NCBI RefSeq assembly: GCF_039654945.1
Contig: NW_027361850.1
Span: 6,448,001 to 6,512,000, forward strand
Length of the DNA: 64,000 bases
Direction: 5' to 3'
Source of the DNA: Dendrobates tinctorius
Lineage: Eukaryota
Position numbers and translations under genes: made by a program. The number at the start of each line of letters is the position of its first letter. Position 1 is the stretch's first letter. The notes beneath the pieces were generated by a model. That model did not search any database. It saw nothing but the letters and a program-made list of their open reading frames with translations, and was not told where the DNA came from. This document shows positions 12,483 to 25,546 of this stretch, piece after piece.

Positions 12483-12623
12483 GTAAGTCACTTTCTGACA
12501 TTGAAAGTCAATTTTCTTTCTGCTGTTTGTTGCATTAAATATACTACATCGCAGAAGCTGAGTGTACTATATGTTATAGCTAGAATGGTTTATGTGTTTT
12601 AAGTATCTTGTTTTTGTCCATAG

Positions 12624-12711
12624 GTGGTTAACGTTTGGTACTCTGTGAACGGAGAACGCCTGGGAACCTACAATGGTCACACAGGAGCAGTGTGGTGTGT
12701 GGATATTGACT
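12624..12711 (+). CDS. EIF3I: EIF3I exon 3
   Basis: catag|[29 protein letters not shown]|GTATCCTTT (U12-type donor). Confidence 0.96.
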
Positions 12712-13424
12712 GTATCCTTTTCAGTACAACTTTTCATGCTTTCATATACGTCATCAGCAACAATTGCTTAAATGCCTGAGTAAAATAAAAAAAACCTGAG
12801 TTCCAAAACCTGTGCCGCTCTAGCGGTGATGGCGGTAGTACGCGTGACATTGCAGCAGCACGCCAAAACAATCTCCATCTTTTAGTATTTCGTCGGAGTG
12901 CACATCCACTTTAACAAAATATTGATGAGAAGCAGCCACTTATTGTTATCCCAGGTGAACACTGCAGGCAGTCACAGGAGAGCAGGTTCCGACATCACTG
13001 GAATGATGCTGGTGCGGGAGGTCATTAAAAGCTTTTCTTACTTTACTCGGGGAAACTCAGAAAGTTAAAAAGGGGTTGTTCAAGTAGTGGATAACCCCTT
13101 TATGTAACTAATAGTAAAAAAAAAACAAAAAAACATTCTAGTTTTAATTTGTCAATAATGCCAAAGGGATCTGGTCCTACCCAGGCCTTGAACCCTTCTG
13201 TATAATGTGTGTTCAGTGTTTACCTGTATATTGAAGCTGGTATTGTCATAAATTAAATATCGGGACGTCTCTTCCACCACTCCTTGCTGGATTCACTCAG
13301 TTTTACACACATCACAAATAATACAGAGGATGCAGTTCATGCTGGTTCAGTAAGTCCAGTTTCTTCTAAGCTTTCCCCTTAATAGTGATCTTTGCTTGTC
13401 ATCATCCTTAACCCAAGTGTGCAG
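12712..13424 (+). other. EIF3I: U12-type (minor spliceosome) GT-AG intron 3 of EIF3I
   Basis: 5' splice site GTATCCTTT; branch site TCCTTAAC at 13405-13412, just upstream of the AG at 13423-13424; no long polypyrimidine tract. Confidence 0.93.
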
Positions 13425-13490
13425 GGGACACGCGTCATGTGCTTTCTGGATCAGCAGATAACTCCTGTAGGTTATGGGACTGCGAAACAG
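13425..13490 (+). CDS. EIF3I: EIF3I exon 4
   Basis: gcag|(W)DTRHVLSGSADNSCRLWDCET(G)|gtaaat; WD40 repeat. Confidence 0.96.
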
Positions 13491-13826
13491 GTAAATAAAA
13501 AATCTCATGTGATCTTTCAGTGTTTTTTTCTTTTTTCTAAATCTTATTACATTTCAGTGAAACTGGTTTCAAAACTGTTTAGTAGAGTTCCGTGATTTAA
13601 CACCGGCATTGATTGATCAGACCAAGTGCAATGCAGAATGGGCAATTTTTAAACATCATCTATTGTGTTTATTTTCCAAGCTGCCTCTTATGGTGGGTTT
13701 AGACACACAGACCTTTTCCCATTACGATTCGAATTTGGCATTGTAACACATTAATCATTGTTTATTCAAGGCCCCTGGGGGGCTGAATTATCCTTAATAC
13801 TATGTGTTTTCTTTGTTGACCTTTAG

Positions 13827-13976
13827 GAAAGCAGTTGGCTCTGCTGCAAACAAATTCAGCTGTCAGAACCTGTGGATTTGACTTTGGCGGCAATATCATC
13901 ATGTTTTCAACAGACAAGCAGATGGGTTACCAGTGCTTTGTCAATTTTTTTGACCTTAGGGACCCATCTCAGATTG
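13827..13976 (+). CDS. EIF3I: EIF3I exon 5
   Basis: ctttag|KQLALLQTNSAVRTCGFDFGGNIIMFSTDKQMGYQCFVNFFDLRDPSQI|gtgagt. Confidence 0.97.
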
Positions 13977-13995
13977 GTGAGTATAAATATGGTAT

Positions 13996-14292
13996 TTAAA
14001 GGGGTTGCCCAAAACTTACATGTTGATGAGCTATCAGTAGATTAGGTCATGTAGATAAGTTTGGTGGGGACCCAGCACCTCCACCGATGAGCTGATAAGT
14101 TTTCCAACAATTGCCAGATGTAACAAGTATATAGAGCGGAAAATCACAGCTTCATACATTGTATAGTGGTTATTGCTCAGTACTGCAGTTTAACTCTTAT
14201 TCAACTGAAGAGTCAGCCCCTCGCTAATCTCATATTGATGATTCATCCTATGGGTCGGTCATCAATTTGTAAGTCCAGGACAACTCCTTTAA
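13996..14292. mobile_element. TTAA-flanked MITE (Kolobok/T2-type)
   Basis: TTAAAGGGGTTGCCC ... GGACAACTCCTTTAA. Confidence 0.7.
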
Positions 14293-14599
14293 AGAGAAAC
14301 CTGTTACCAATTTTTTCCGATATAACCTATGGCTACCACCTTTCAGTCCCATGTGACAACATTCTATAATGCTGCACATGTGACTTCAATTTGCCATGCA
14401 AGGAAAAAAAAAAGACATTTTATTATACTCACCTACAGGGTGGTCCAGTATGATGGGCGTCTTTGGTCTTAGTCTGGTGCCTCCCATCTTCTTGCGATGC
14501 TGTCTTCATTCTCTGCTTCGTGTGGATGACGTGCCCTACGTCAGCCACGCAGTGTCCCCCTTTCACAGTCCTGTGCAGGCGTATTTCTCTCTGCCTACT

Positions 14600-14692
14600 C
14601 TAACATGGGGAGAACATACAAACTCCTTGCAGATGTTGTCTTTGATGAGATTTGAACCTAGGATTCCAGTGCTGCAAAGCAACAGTGCTAGT
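14600..14692 (-). mobile_element. tRNA-derived SINE fragment (V-SINE-like)
   Basis: ggggagaacatacaaactcc...gatttgaacctagg: reverse B-box (GGTTCAAATC) plus a V-SINE-like core recognised from memory. Confidence 0.55.
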
Positions 14693-15554
14693 TTTTAAAA
14701 ACTTATTTTTTTTGTTCGCTGGATATTTAAACCTGAGATAGTCTTGAAACATTACCACAGAGTTGTAGTATATAGTTGAGATCAAGGTCTTCTTGGGGGG
14801 GGCTTTCAGCAGGCCCTTACTGCCATAGACACCTAGAAATTTTGTCTGAGGCTGATGTTCATATGGAATGGTGCCTACAGAATGCCTACAGATAAGCCCC
14901 CGATGTCTATGCCAGCAGCTGAAAGGCCAAAAAAAGGGTGACAGATTCCCTTTAAGGGGTTAACAGCAGAAGTCAAAGCCATCATATGCCTGGTATGATT
15001 CAGGCTCCGCTTCGGATCCTGCATCAAAGACAGGGACCTGACTTTTATCCAGATTAGAATGGAGCAGCAGTGCACATACTCAACCACTGCTCTATTCATT
15101 CTCAATGAGACTGCCAAGAGCTGTGCTTGGCTTTTTTTTTTCAGTATATGAAAATGAATGGTTCTACAATTGAACATGAGCACTGCTACATTCGAACAGT
15201 ATGAAAAGAGACCCTTTCTTGTGATCAGTTGGGGTCCTATTGGGTCAGTACTCCATGTTGTATTCTAAAGCATTCCAGCCTTTGGATCATTCAGCCTGTG
15301 GATAGGGGACAACTTCTTTTCACCTGAAGAAGAAAAAAGTATACTTTCACCCTCAAATCCTAATTTAAAAGGTTCAACAATCTTTGCTAACCTCTTAGTA
15401 CCTTTATAGTGGTCAGAGTTCCATCAGAAGAAAAAAAAAAAAAATTCTCAAGATCTTCAAGAGCTGTAGTGTAATGGCAACTCAAATGCAGAATAAACAT
15501 GTTTAGGAGGTAGTTCTCACTGATTAAACTGTTTCTTTTTGGCAAATTTTGCAG

Positions 15555-15682
15555 AAGACAATGAGCCTTACATGAAGATTAACTGCAGTGAATCGAAGAT
15601 AACTAGTGCTGTATGGGGACCTCTAGGAGAGAACATAATCGCCGGTCATGAAAATGGAGAGCTGAACCAGTATAGTGCAAAG
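15555..15682 (+). CDS. EIF3I: EIF3I exon 6
   Basis: ttgcag|DNEPYMKINCSESKITSAVWGPLGENIIAGHENGELNQYSAK|gtgaga; the acceptor is a CAGAAG tandem. Confidence 0.96.
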
Positions 15683-15847
15683 GTGAGAAACAGGTCGTTT
15701 TCACCAGATACTTCCACTTTTATCTCTTTTTGATATCTCTCCCTAAATCATGCAAGGGTTTTTGCCCTCCAGAATCTTTGATGTAAAATCCTTAATAAAA
15801 AAAAAACACTTTTATGTGGACTGCTTGTAACATTTGGTTCTTTTTAG

Positions 15848-15958
15848 TCTGGAGAGATTGTCAACAATATTAAGGAGCACTCCAAGCAGATCAATGATAT
15901 TCAGACATCCAGAGATATGACTATGTTTGTAACTGCATCCAAAGACTGCAGCGCCAAG
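15848..15958 (+). CDS. EIF3I: EIF3I exon 7
   Basis: ttttag|SGEIVNNIKEHSKQINDIQTSRDMTMFVTASKDCSAK|gtaaga. Confidence 0.97.
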
Positions 15959-17732
15959 GTAAGAGGTTTCTAGAGATTAATGTGACTTTTACATTAACCC
16001 CTTTCTGACAACACTGTCTTTCCTGGCAGATGATGGTTGTGTAATTCAACCATCCTCTACCTTTAATAGCTGAATGTGGAGCTGAGCTCTACTCACTGCT
16101 GTCATTTTGCTAAAATGGCATTTACAGTGCTTTCCCGAAGAGAGGGGTTTCCCATTCTAAATACTCATGTATCTCCTGCAACGTGACCGCCGGGCACTAA
16201 TGTGTTGCCATAACAGTTGACGTTCTACTGAAGACCCCTTTACCCATGCCTGTCATTACAGTATGCCTTTGAACCGCCGTCTATGGCTTGCGTTCACAGG
16301 AGACCATTATTTTTTATATACTCTACAGTGCTCTGGTATTGCAGTAGATAGTACAAGTGATCGGATGATCGCAGGTTCAATTCCCCTAAGGAACTTACAA
16401 AATACAGCAAAAAATTGTTAAGAAAAAATAATATAAAAGTTCAAATAACTCTTCTCTTCCCCTTTTAAAAATAAAGAAGTATATATGTGTGTGGTTTAAT
16501 ATGAAATGATCTGCAAACTGCAGAATGAAAAAAAAAAATCAAAACACAAGAACTGTTCTTTGTCTGCTGAAACTAACATGAAAGGAAAAATATACACAGC
16601 CCTTCGGGGAAAACATAAAAACAAAATGCTGTAACACAGTCCATACATTTGCGGGGAGCTGCCCACTCTGGAGCAACACAGGGATATCACAGGTTCAGTC
16701 TTTTCTCCTCAGCTGCAATTCCTTTCTCCAGCCCTACTGAACAATCACTGCCTTTGGAGGCCAGCTATTTAAGCCCCAGACTGACAACCTCCTAGTCTGC
16801 TCTCTTGTTGTCCACAAGAAACCCAGCCCTTTAAACAAATTAGCGGTGTTAACCCCTCACAGCACTTACTGTGCTGGAGGAAAATCTCTGGGTTTTACAT
16901 CACTGAAGCCATTAAGCTCAGCGAAACATGTTTCCCCTCCAGCACTTTACCAGTGACTTTGTCACTATATATAGAGAGAACGAGCAAGAGATATGCTCAC
17001 ATAGATCTTGAGAAATTGTATTTTTTTTTCTTCTGATGGAACTGTGACCACTATAAAGGTACTACGAAGTTAGCACAGATTTTTGAACCAAATAAGATAG
17101 GATTTGAGGGTGGAAGTATAACTTCTTTTCACCTGAAAAAAAAAGTATCACCTATCCACAGGCTTAAACATCCAAAAGCTGGATTGCTTTCGAACACAAC
17201 ATGGAGTACTGACCAAATACGACCCCAACTGATCACCAGAAAGGGGCACTCTTCTTACTGTTAGAATGTGGCAGTGCTCATGTTCAATTATAGCATCATT
17301 CAAGTTCATATACTGCAGAAAAAAGCCAAGTACAGCTCTTGGCAGTCCCATAGAGAATGAATAGAGTAGTGGATAAGTATGTGCACTGTTGCTCCACTCT
17401 AATCTGGATAAAAGTCAGGTCCTGTCTTTGCAGGATCAGGATCTGATCCCGAATCATACCAGGCATATGATGACTTTGACCACTGCTGTTAACACCTTAA
17501 AATGTTACCAACCGCTGATAGCTTATTTAATGCAAGGAAGCTGGGAAAGAAGGGGCACCATTCCATATGAACATCCGCCTCAGACAACAAAACTGCTAGG
17601 TGTCTATGGCAGTCAGGACCTGCGGAAATCCCCCCCCCCCCCCTTCCGAGAAGACCAGCTTGTGACTGGCCTTCATGGAAGACTTTGATCTTTACTATAT
17701 ACTACAACTCAGTAGTAACGTGTCAAGACTAT

Positions 17733-20301
17733 ATAGATGGGCGAACCCAAACAGTGAAGTTCGGCGTCCAGACTAAACACCTACTGTTCGGGCACCGAGT
17801 TCACCAGAAAGTCCATGTTACTGTTCAGGTTCGGCCCCCCCGAACACCGGGCGTGTGTTGCGCTGTCACACTGCAAAAGACAGCGTGAGCCCACAGCTGC
17901 GATCGGAGGTATAAATTCTGGCTCTTTGCCCATCTCTTCCCACTTTCCCTGTTGCGGTGGCAAGTGGGGTTCATTTTTGTGGGGTTGATGTCACCTTTGT
18001 GTTGTCCGGTGACATCAAGCCCATGGCTTAGTAATGGAGAGACATCTGTAAGACACCTATCATTACTAATCCTACTAGTTTGGCCCGTGTGAAATTTTCG
18101 CACATTGGTTGTCGAGGCGCAAGCAATTTCAGAAAAAGCAAGCTGGTCAAATGTAAATGTATTTCATGAGATGATGAACACAAACAGGTATTTATATATG
18201 TAGATTGGTAATACAATAAATTGGTTTGATAAGTAGAGGCCAAAAAATGTCTTCCGATTGTGGTGCCACCTGCAGGTCATTGTTTCTTTCTGCAGGTTTA
18301 TGAAAATGAATGTTTAAACTGTATTTATTGATAAGATCGTGAATGTGTGGTTTGTTTGGCTCTTTTCTTGCTGAAGGGGGCAAGTTTACCTTTCAAATGG
18401 TGTATCATTTGTGTATGTGGGGCGAAGTAATCAGCGAAACAGCAGTGCATGTTTACAAATGTGTTTGCATATGTGACTCACCTGCAGTGAAGTGTGCAAT
18501 CCTCCAATGTGCCTGAAATAGGCTGGGCAATCACATGAGCAAGCTGGAAAGACCCCCAAGGCAAATGTTTGGATGTTTGTGATGTCTGTAAGCAGCTTTG
18601 GGGTAGTGTGCTGCCACCTGCAGGTCATTTGACCTTTTAAATGGTGTATCATTTGTTTGTGTGGGTGGAGTATGAACAGAGCAAGTCTGCAATTCAATAG
18701 GCAGTGCATGTATACAAATGTGTTTGCATATGTGACTCACCTGCAGTGAAGTGTGCAATCCTCCAATTTGGCTGAAATAGGCTGGGCAAGCAGTTCGGCA
18801 AGCTGGAAAGCCCCCAATGCAATTGTTTAGATTTGTTTGTGATGTCTATAAGCAGCTTTGGGGTAGTGTGGTGCCACCTGCAGGTCATTTTTCCTTAATG
18901 CAGGTTTATGAAAATTAATGTTTAAACTGTATTTTGTAATCATATCGTGAATGTGTGGTTTGTTTGGCTATTTTCTTGCTGAAGGGGGCAAGTTTACCTT
19001 TCAAATGGTGTATCATTTGTGTGTGTGGGTGCAGTATGAACGGGGATACCAAGGAATCACCAAAAAGCAGTGTTTAGAAATAGAATAGATAGTTGTATGG
19101 TAAATAAACACAGAGCCAGAATAAAGTCTTATTTGAAATAAAACAAAACACACTTTTCCATTTTTATTTAAAAATTACAAACCCGGTTATACTCCCCTAA
19201 CGTCTCTGAATCCCTCGTCTACTGTAATAAAACAAAAATAAAAAAAAACAATATCCCTCATTTGTCCATCGTTCTGTCCCACGCCGTAATCCATGTCTGG
19301 GGGATAAACAGTTTTCAAACTGGACAGTGCCAAGATGTGACTTTTCCAAGCTGAGAACCACTGGTGAATGAGCTGCTGTGAGTGCAGCATCATTGACTAG
19401 CGGTGACATCATCAAGGTTACTGCAGGTCACTGAAGCTGCTTTCCCAGCCAGGCAAATGAACTGCAGTGACCTCGGTGAGATCTCCGCTAGCAGAGTAGA
19501 AACAGTCTCATGGTGCAGAGGAAAGTTCACTGCAGTTCAAATTCACCGGAGTGAAATTCTTCTGGTGAAATGCTACAGGGCAAGAGCTGGCCAGAATTGG
19601 CGCATCTAATAGATGCGCCTTTTCTGGTCAGCTGCAGGCTGCTATTTTTAGGCTGGGGGGGGCAATATCTATGGCCCCTTATCAGCCTGAGAATACTAAC
19701 CCCAAGCTGCCTGCTTTAGCAAGGCTGTTTGTCAAAAATGGGGGGAACAAACAACGTTTTTTTTTTTTGTTTTTTTTTAAATGATTTAAATAATTAAAAA
19801 AATTGGAGCTGGGACCCCTCTGTTCTTGATAACCAGTCTTGCTGATGCTCACAACTGAAGGTTGCAGTCGTGAGTTTTGCCTGGCTGGATATTAAAAATT
19901 CAGGGGAACCCACTCCGTTTTTTTTTCTCATTTATTTACAGCACGGGTGCTGGCTGATAATACTCCCATCAGCCGCCACTTCTGTTATTATGGTAATCCC
20001 ATTAGCTGACACCAGTGACCTGAGGTACACTTTATACCTTCCATCACAGTTGCGTGCTCACGCTGTCTTTTGACAGTGTGGGAACTGCGGCTTTCTGACC
20101 GGCAGGGATGATTTTTACCGCTCATCAGCAGTGTTTGCCGCGTTGTCATGCATATGACAGCGTGGCAAACACTGGATGTCAGGACGCCCCCCCCCACACT
20201 TAAATGAATGGGGTTCAGGTCCGGGTGCTATTCTGGTGCCCAAACCCAAACTTTTTGTAACTGTTCAGCTGGGCCTGGACATCCAGGTGTCCGCCCGTAT
20301 C
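17733..20301. mobile_element. Non-autonomous DNA transposon with internal direct repeats
   Basis: Inverted ends AGATGGGCGAACCC ... GGTGTCCGCCCGTATCT; internal duplicated blocks at 18260-19030 (tgccacctgcaggtcat occurs three times). Confidence 0.55.
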
Positions 20302-20460
20302 TTGTTATTAAGCATAAAAGATTGCTGTTTGTGGTTTTAGATTCTGTGTGAACCAAATATGTATCTGTCTTGCTGTTACTGCACATGTAAGAAAATAATT
20401 TCAGGGCTATTTTGTTCCCTTTGATGTCACACATGCATTGGTAATATGTTTTCTTTGCAG

Positions 20461-20550
20461 CTCTTTGACACCACAAGTCTAGAACATCAGAAGACGTTTC
20501 GCACAGAGAGACCAGTTAACTCCGCAGCAGTATCGCCAATCTATGATCAT
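20461..20550 (+). CDS. EIF3I: EIF3I exon 8
   Basis: ttgcag|[30 protein letters not shown]|gtaagt. Confidence 0.97.
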
Positions 20551-21415
20551 GTAAGTAGAAGAAATTTGTCTTGGCATATAATAAGAAGGTCATTCTATAA
20601 TTAGTGTATATTAGTAGTTGAATTTTTACTTGACATATAGATCCCTAAAATGACAGGGATTGGACTATAAACTTTGTTCATCTTTGTGCTGTGAGAATGC
20701 AACTTCTGTTAGGCCACCTTCACATGTTCAGTATTTGGTCGGTATTTTACCTCAGTATTTGTAAGCCAAACCCAGGAGTGGTGATAAATACAGAAGTGGT
20801 GACGTGTTTCTATTACAGTTCTTTTCTGATTGTTCCACTCCTAATTTTGGCTTACAGATACTGATGTGATATACTGACCAAATTAGTGTGAGGTATGAAA
20901 TGTTTTTTTTAACGTTTTGATATTTTTAACCTGTAAACACTGGGGGAGCAGCTGCTGACATTTGCAATGAAAGGATTTTGTTGTTTTTTATATTCATAGC
21001 ACTTAGTAGAGTATACGTGTTGTAGTGTAAGTGTATTGATACACTCACTGATCTCCGACTTCACCCAGTTCTCATCGCTGCTTTGGTCCCCTTTGAAATA
21101 TGTGATGGCGGTTCTGACCAGCTGGATCACACTACATTCAATGTGTGAGCCCGTAGTCACTATTAGAACGTAGTCCTATGGAGCCTCGTTCTGATGCTTT
21201 ATTTTTTAAATCAGATAATTTTTATTAACAAGATTCAAAGTGACATTGCACACAATTGTGTCCACAAAAAAAAAAAGGAGCATAAACATGTTTACAAACA
21301 TTATAAACCCAATCCCCTATTTCCCTCCCTCCACCCTCCTTCCCGTAGATCCTCAATACCAATAATGAGACATTAGTATCCAAAGCTTACACTTTTAAAC
21401 AGCATCCCACCGGAA

Positions 21416-24400
21416 TCAGTTTCTCTCCACCCATGGTTTCCAAAGTGATTCAAAAGATTTCACACTTTTCCTTTTCCTATAAATATCTTTTTCCATTTTA
21501 ATAACCACATCAGACTGTCTATAAAATTCCCGCAAAGTCGGCGGCTCTCCACTCAGCCAGTGTCTGGCAATCAATTTACGTGCAACATACAATAATCTAG
21601 CTATGGCCAGTTTATGATGATTTGGAACTCGGATTTCCTCTACATAACCCAAAATGCATACCACAGGGTCCCATGTGATTGTACATCCATACGATTTCCC
21701 AATCGCCTCTCCCACCTCCACCCAATACGCATTCAGTCTCGTACATTGCCATAACATGTGCAAAATCCCCGCTCCCTCAGACCGACACCTAGGACATTCA
21801 GAAGTCTGTCTCAGCCCTGCTTTATAAAGCCTATCTGGAGTTCTATATACTCTATGAAGTACATAATACTGTGAAAGTCTACCCGGCTCGCTTAATGATA
21901 ACTGAGGAATATACGCCATAATATCTTCCCATGTATCCTCCTCTATCCTTCCCAACTCTTCCTCCCATTTCTCTTTTGCTTTAATGGGAAATCTATTGAG
22001 AAAGGTATGTAACAAATCCCTGTAAATGTCTGAAACTACCCCCTTCGTTCCACCTACCGCACACACATAGTCCACCAGAATATCTCTACAAATTTTCATA
22101 TCGACCATTTTACTCTGCGCCTGATAGGCATGTCTCAGCTGTCCATATTGAAACCTACTGGTCTCCTGCAACCCATACCTCCCCTGTAGTGTCTCAAAGG
22201 ACAACAGCCCCCCATCATCCTGAATCTGATCCACATATATTATACCCAGTGATATCCAATTTTTAAATTCCCCCATTTTAACAAATTCAGGTAGTACTTC
22301 ATTGTTCCAAATTGGGGAGAGATTTGTTAATGTTCCCACTTCTCTCGTCCTTTTGATTGCCTCCCAAACCCTGTGGATTAGCATCAAAGTAGGATAGGTC
22401 ACCCCCAACTTCCCAAAACTCCCTGCCTCCAGACCTTGAACCAATGGGTCCCTTCCCACCAACCAAACCATAATCCTTTGGACCGAGCCCAGTCCCCTCT
22501 CCTCTCTCCATCCTCTTAACTGTTGACCCTGTGCCGCCAAAAAATAAATCCAGGGATTCGGAAGAGCCAATCCCCCCCCATCTTTAGGCCTCTGCATAAG
22601 TTCCAGCCTGATTCTTGGCTGTTTTTTCCCCCATACAAGGTCTCGAAATATAGAGTCAATGGTATGAAACCACCTTCGGGCCATCCAAACAGGGGAGTTA
22701 TGCAATATATATAGCAATTGGGGCATAAGAATCATCTTAGCCAAATTTATCCTACCCACCACAGAGAGGCACAACCTACACCACACCCCTACTTTCTTCC
22801 TAAATTTGTCCAGTAAAGGGGACAGATTTAAATCAATATAGCTCGAAAGAGGAAGGGACACCCAAACTCCCAAATATTTGAACCGCTGAACCACCGGCAA
22901 CCTACTACCCTCCAGTGCCGTCGGAATCTCCCCGCCCCCTTCATCCACCAACAAAATATTTGACTTTGTCCAATTAATCTCCAGACCCGATACCTCCCCA
23001 AATACCCCAAGAATGTTCATCACACCCTCCAAGGCCCTTCCAGAGTTTTCTAAAAAATAATAGTATATCATCTGCGTATAAGGCTATTTTCTCCTCTATC
23101 ATACCATATCGGAACCCCTTAACCAAGGTCGAGTTCCTGATTGTCTGCGCCAGGGGCTCCACTGCCAACGCAAAAAGCAGCGGCGACAGCGGACACCCCT
23201 GCCTGGTCCCCCTGTGTAAACCGAAAATTCCCAGAAACCTCCCCATTAACTCTCACTCTAGCGGTCGGAGAGAAATACAGTAACCTCACCCACGAGACAA
23301 AGATTGGTCCAAATCCAAAAGATCTCAACACTTCCCAAAGATAACACCATTCAATACTATCAAACGCCTTACGCGCATCCAAGGAGACTACAATTCTATT
23401 CCCTTCATTATCCGACGGCAACTGCAAGTTCAAGTATAATCTACGTAGGTTTATCGCTGTGGACTTATTTGGCATAAAGCCAGACTGATCTGGATGTACC
23501 AAACCCTGCACCACACTTGCCAGCCGGCCGGCCAAAACTTTAGCCAAAATCTTAACGTCCGCCGACAACAACGAAACTGGCCTATACGATTCCGCCAACT
23601 CCGGGTCCTTTCCTTCCTTTAAAATAACCACTATTATCGCCTCTCTCATGGACGCCGGCAGCTCTCCCACCCGTAACGCCTCCTCAAAGACTTTTTTTTA
23701 ATTTGGCCACTGAGATGTCCATTAAATTCTTATATATCTCAACCGGGAGTCCATCAGCCCCAGGAGCCTTGTTGTTAGCCATTGACATGATAGCAGATCT
23801 AATCTCCTCCTCCGTTATAGGTTCCTCCAACCTTCCCCGATCTTCCTCCCCAATCCTAGGCAGTCTCGCCTCACCCAGGAAACTTTCAATATTTACCATT
23901 ATATCTCCCACCCCCGATGAATACAGCTGCTCATAAAAACTTTTAAACTCCCCCAAAATATCCTCTACTTCCGTCAATACAGTCCCTTCTCCCGTTCTTA
24001 GTTTGTATACGTATCCCGATTCCCTCTGTGCAGCAGCTACCACCGATAGTAAGTGTCCCACTCTTTCCCCATCCTCAAAAAACTGTACTTTCTGAAAAGC
24101 TCTTCTTCTCTCCGCCTTTTTTATATACAGCTTATTAACCGCTTCTTGAGCTTCTTTTAAACTACATTTAGTTATCTCTGATGGGTCCGCCACCATATCC
24201 CTTTCTGCTCTTTCCAAATCCTCTATGACCTCCCTATCCTCCAACCTAGTCCTGGATTTACATCTAGAAATCTCCCTAAAAAGAAGGCCCCTCAGAAAAG
24301 CTTTCATTGCATCCCACACCACCCGTCCCTCCGCACTTTCCTCATTAAACTGCCAGTATTCTGTGATCTCCCTCTTAATGATATCCATATCAATATGTTC

Positions 24401-25186
24401 AAGCCACAAGGGATGAAATTTCCATCCCACTCCCCGTCCATGCCTCCCACCTGCCCGTCTAACCAAGAGCTCTATAGGCCTATGGTCTGAAATCACCCTC
24501 GGCAGATATTCAATTCCAAAAATCATACGCGTCATTAAATCATTTCCCAGTGCCAGGTCAATCCTGGAGAGGGAGCCATAAGATGCCGAATAGCAGGAGT
24601 AGCAAACTATGTTCTCATTTCTCACCCTCCAAAGGTCTACCATCCCCATCTCCATCATATAATTCCCAAACTTCGACAGTTTTTTAATACCTTTGCTTGA
24701 ATCTTTCTTATGTCTATCCCACCCTTCATCCATCACATTATTGACATCTCCAATGATTAACATGGGAAACCCCATACCCCGTTTATACAATTCAAATATT
24801 TCTTTCACCTTGTTCCCCGAGTATGGGGGTGGGAAGTAAACAGCCGCAAGACATAGTGACTGCCCATAGAGTTTACAGAATAATAGAACATATTGCCCAT
24901 CCCTATCTACATGGCACTCAATTTCTTCAAAGGGCGTGGACGCCCCAATCAACACCGATACCCCCCTAGCATACGAGGAATAGGTAGAATGATAAGACCT
25001 CCCTATCCACCTTCTTCTTAGCACATCTACTTTTCCTGCAAGCAAATGTGTCTCTTGGAGACAAATGACATCCGGGCCCCGTTTTCTCACATACTCCATT
25101 ATTGCCGTTCTCCGGTTCCCCTCCGACAGTCCTCTTATATTCCAGCTAACGACTTTAATTGTGTCTCTCACCATGAAACCTCCCAA
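21416..25186 (-). pseudogene. L1 ORF2 (APE endonuclease + RT + C-terminal Cys/His domain), three frameshifts
   Basis: SWNIRGL, LQETH, GDVN, SRIDL, SDHRP; KAPGADG, YRPVSLL, DARKAFD, GTRQGCPLSPLLF, YADD; CPRC...HMLWQC. Confidence 0.93.
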
Positions 25187-25546
25187 GTACCAATTCCTGA
25201 CTCCTCAAGATAGGATACTGTTCCCAGCAAACTGCAAGTCTCAGTTCCCCATAACAATCCCCAACCCTCCCCTCCCACCTCCCCCCCCCATATTTCTTAA
25301 CACAATAACCCATAACCAATCCGCTGTTGTCATTCACCTCTCTTATCAGAGAGTAGGTAGTCCAGCGTCTAGCTACCCCTTCCACCGTACCCTTAATTCT
25401 CTGTTGCTAAAACACCTCCCCAGCCCCTCCGCATATTAAACAACAACATTTCGACAATAAGCCCTCCGGAAACCACAATAAACTGTGAACTCAAAGTCCA
25501 AAGGCACAAATATGGCAGCAACTTCTTCGCTTCCACCTCATTCCTT

